Assembly: GCA_902783925.1 (NCBI GenBank)
Contig: CACZSV010000167.1
Coordinates: forward strand, 1-35,512
Source: an uncultured Coriobacteriaceae bacterium
GTDB lineage: Bacteria > Actinomycetota > Coriobacteriia > Coriobacteriales > QAMH01
Reading direction: 5' to 3'
DNA length: 35,512 bases
Position numbers and translations under genes: made by a program. Shown piece by piece: positions 35,427-35,512 of the stretch; within the stretch, counting starts at the first letter, position 1; every line of letters begins with the position of its first letter. A model generated the notes under the pieces. The model was not told the origin of the DNA. It ran no database searches and saw only the letters and a list, made by a program, of their open reading frames with translations.

Positions 35427-35512
35427 TGGCGGAGGGACAGGGATTCGAACCCTGGAGACGGCTCAACACCGCCTGACGGTTTTCAAGACCGTTGCATTCA
35501 ACCGCTCTGCCA
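35427..35512 (-). tRNA. tRNA-Ser (anticodon UGA), 5' acceptor strand cut by window edge
   Basis: The reverse strand reads ..TGGCAGAGCGGTTGAATGC. Anticodon stem ACGGT/ACCGT with loop CTTGAAA. Long variable arm. T arm CAGGGTTCGAATCCCTG. TCCCTCC-G-CCA 3' end. Only the 7-nt 5' acceptor strand lies outside the window. Confidence 0.88.

Overview
This is a high-GC window of chromosomal core genes. Gene content and protein style suggest a Coriobacteriia-like Actinomycetota genome, but that is an inference I cannot verify here.

Most genes are on the minus strand, in tightly packed and often overlapping operons:
- glmS-acpS-nnrD-alr-udg-tsaE-(J-domain protein)-(adaptor-like protein)-tsaB, running 7972 down to 1.
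- rplU-rpmA, 8885 down to 8106.
- An eight-gene cell-shape operon, mreB-mreC-mreD-mrdA-rodA-(unknown)-(TIGR03960-type radical SAM)-(TIGR03936-type partner), 24971 down to 15320.
- ndk, a TPR membrane protein, a cyclophilin, tRNA-Arg(CCG), a TRAM/Fe-S RNA methyltransferase, a small 2x[4Fe-4S] ferredoxin and an OmpR-type two-component pair.
- A GT2 glycosyltransferase and a partial tRNA-Ser(UGA) at the right edge.

Plus-strand genes are few: a 66-aa Nif11-like double-glycine leader peptide, a TAXI-TRAP transporter (with a divergent minus-strand LysR regulator), an RmlD-like reductase and a class A PBP.

I found no transposase, integrase, CRISPR array, toxin-antitoxin pair or recognisable defence gene, and no clear multi-gene novel system. 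The most unusual things I can support are:
1. The alr-position gene encodes an intact alanine-racemase-fold protein in which both catalytic residues (PLP Lys and Tyr265') are substituted.
2. The Nif11-type RiPP-like precursor is an orphan, with no maturase or exporter in the window.
3. A roughly 600-nt convergent intergenic region carries two different tandem repeat families, one of them hairpin-forming.
4. The mre/rodA operon is extended by an uncharacterised DUF697-like protein and the radical SAM pair, with overlapping stop/start codons.
5. L21 carries a C-terminal Rho_N/HeH-like module.

The ORF track uses ATG/GTG/TTG starts, and many ORFs are over-extended at the 5' end into upstream genes. 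I trimmed these to RBS-supported starts where I could see one.
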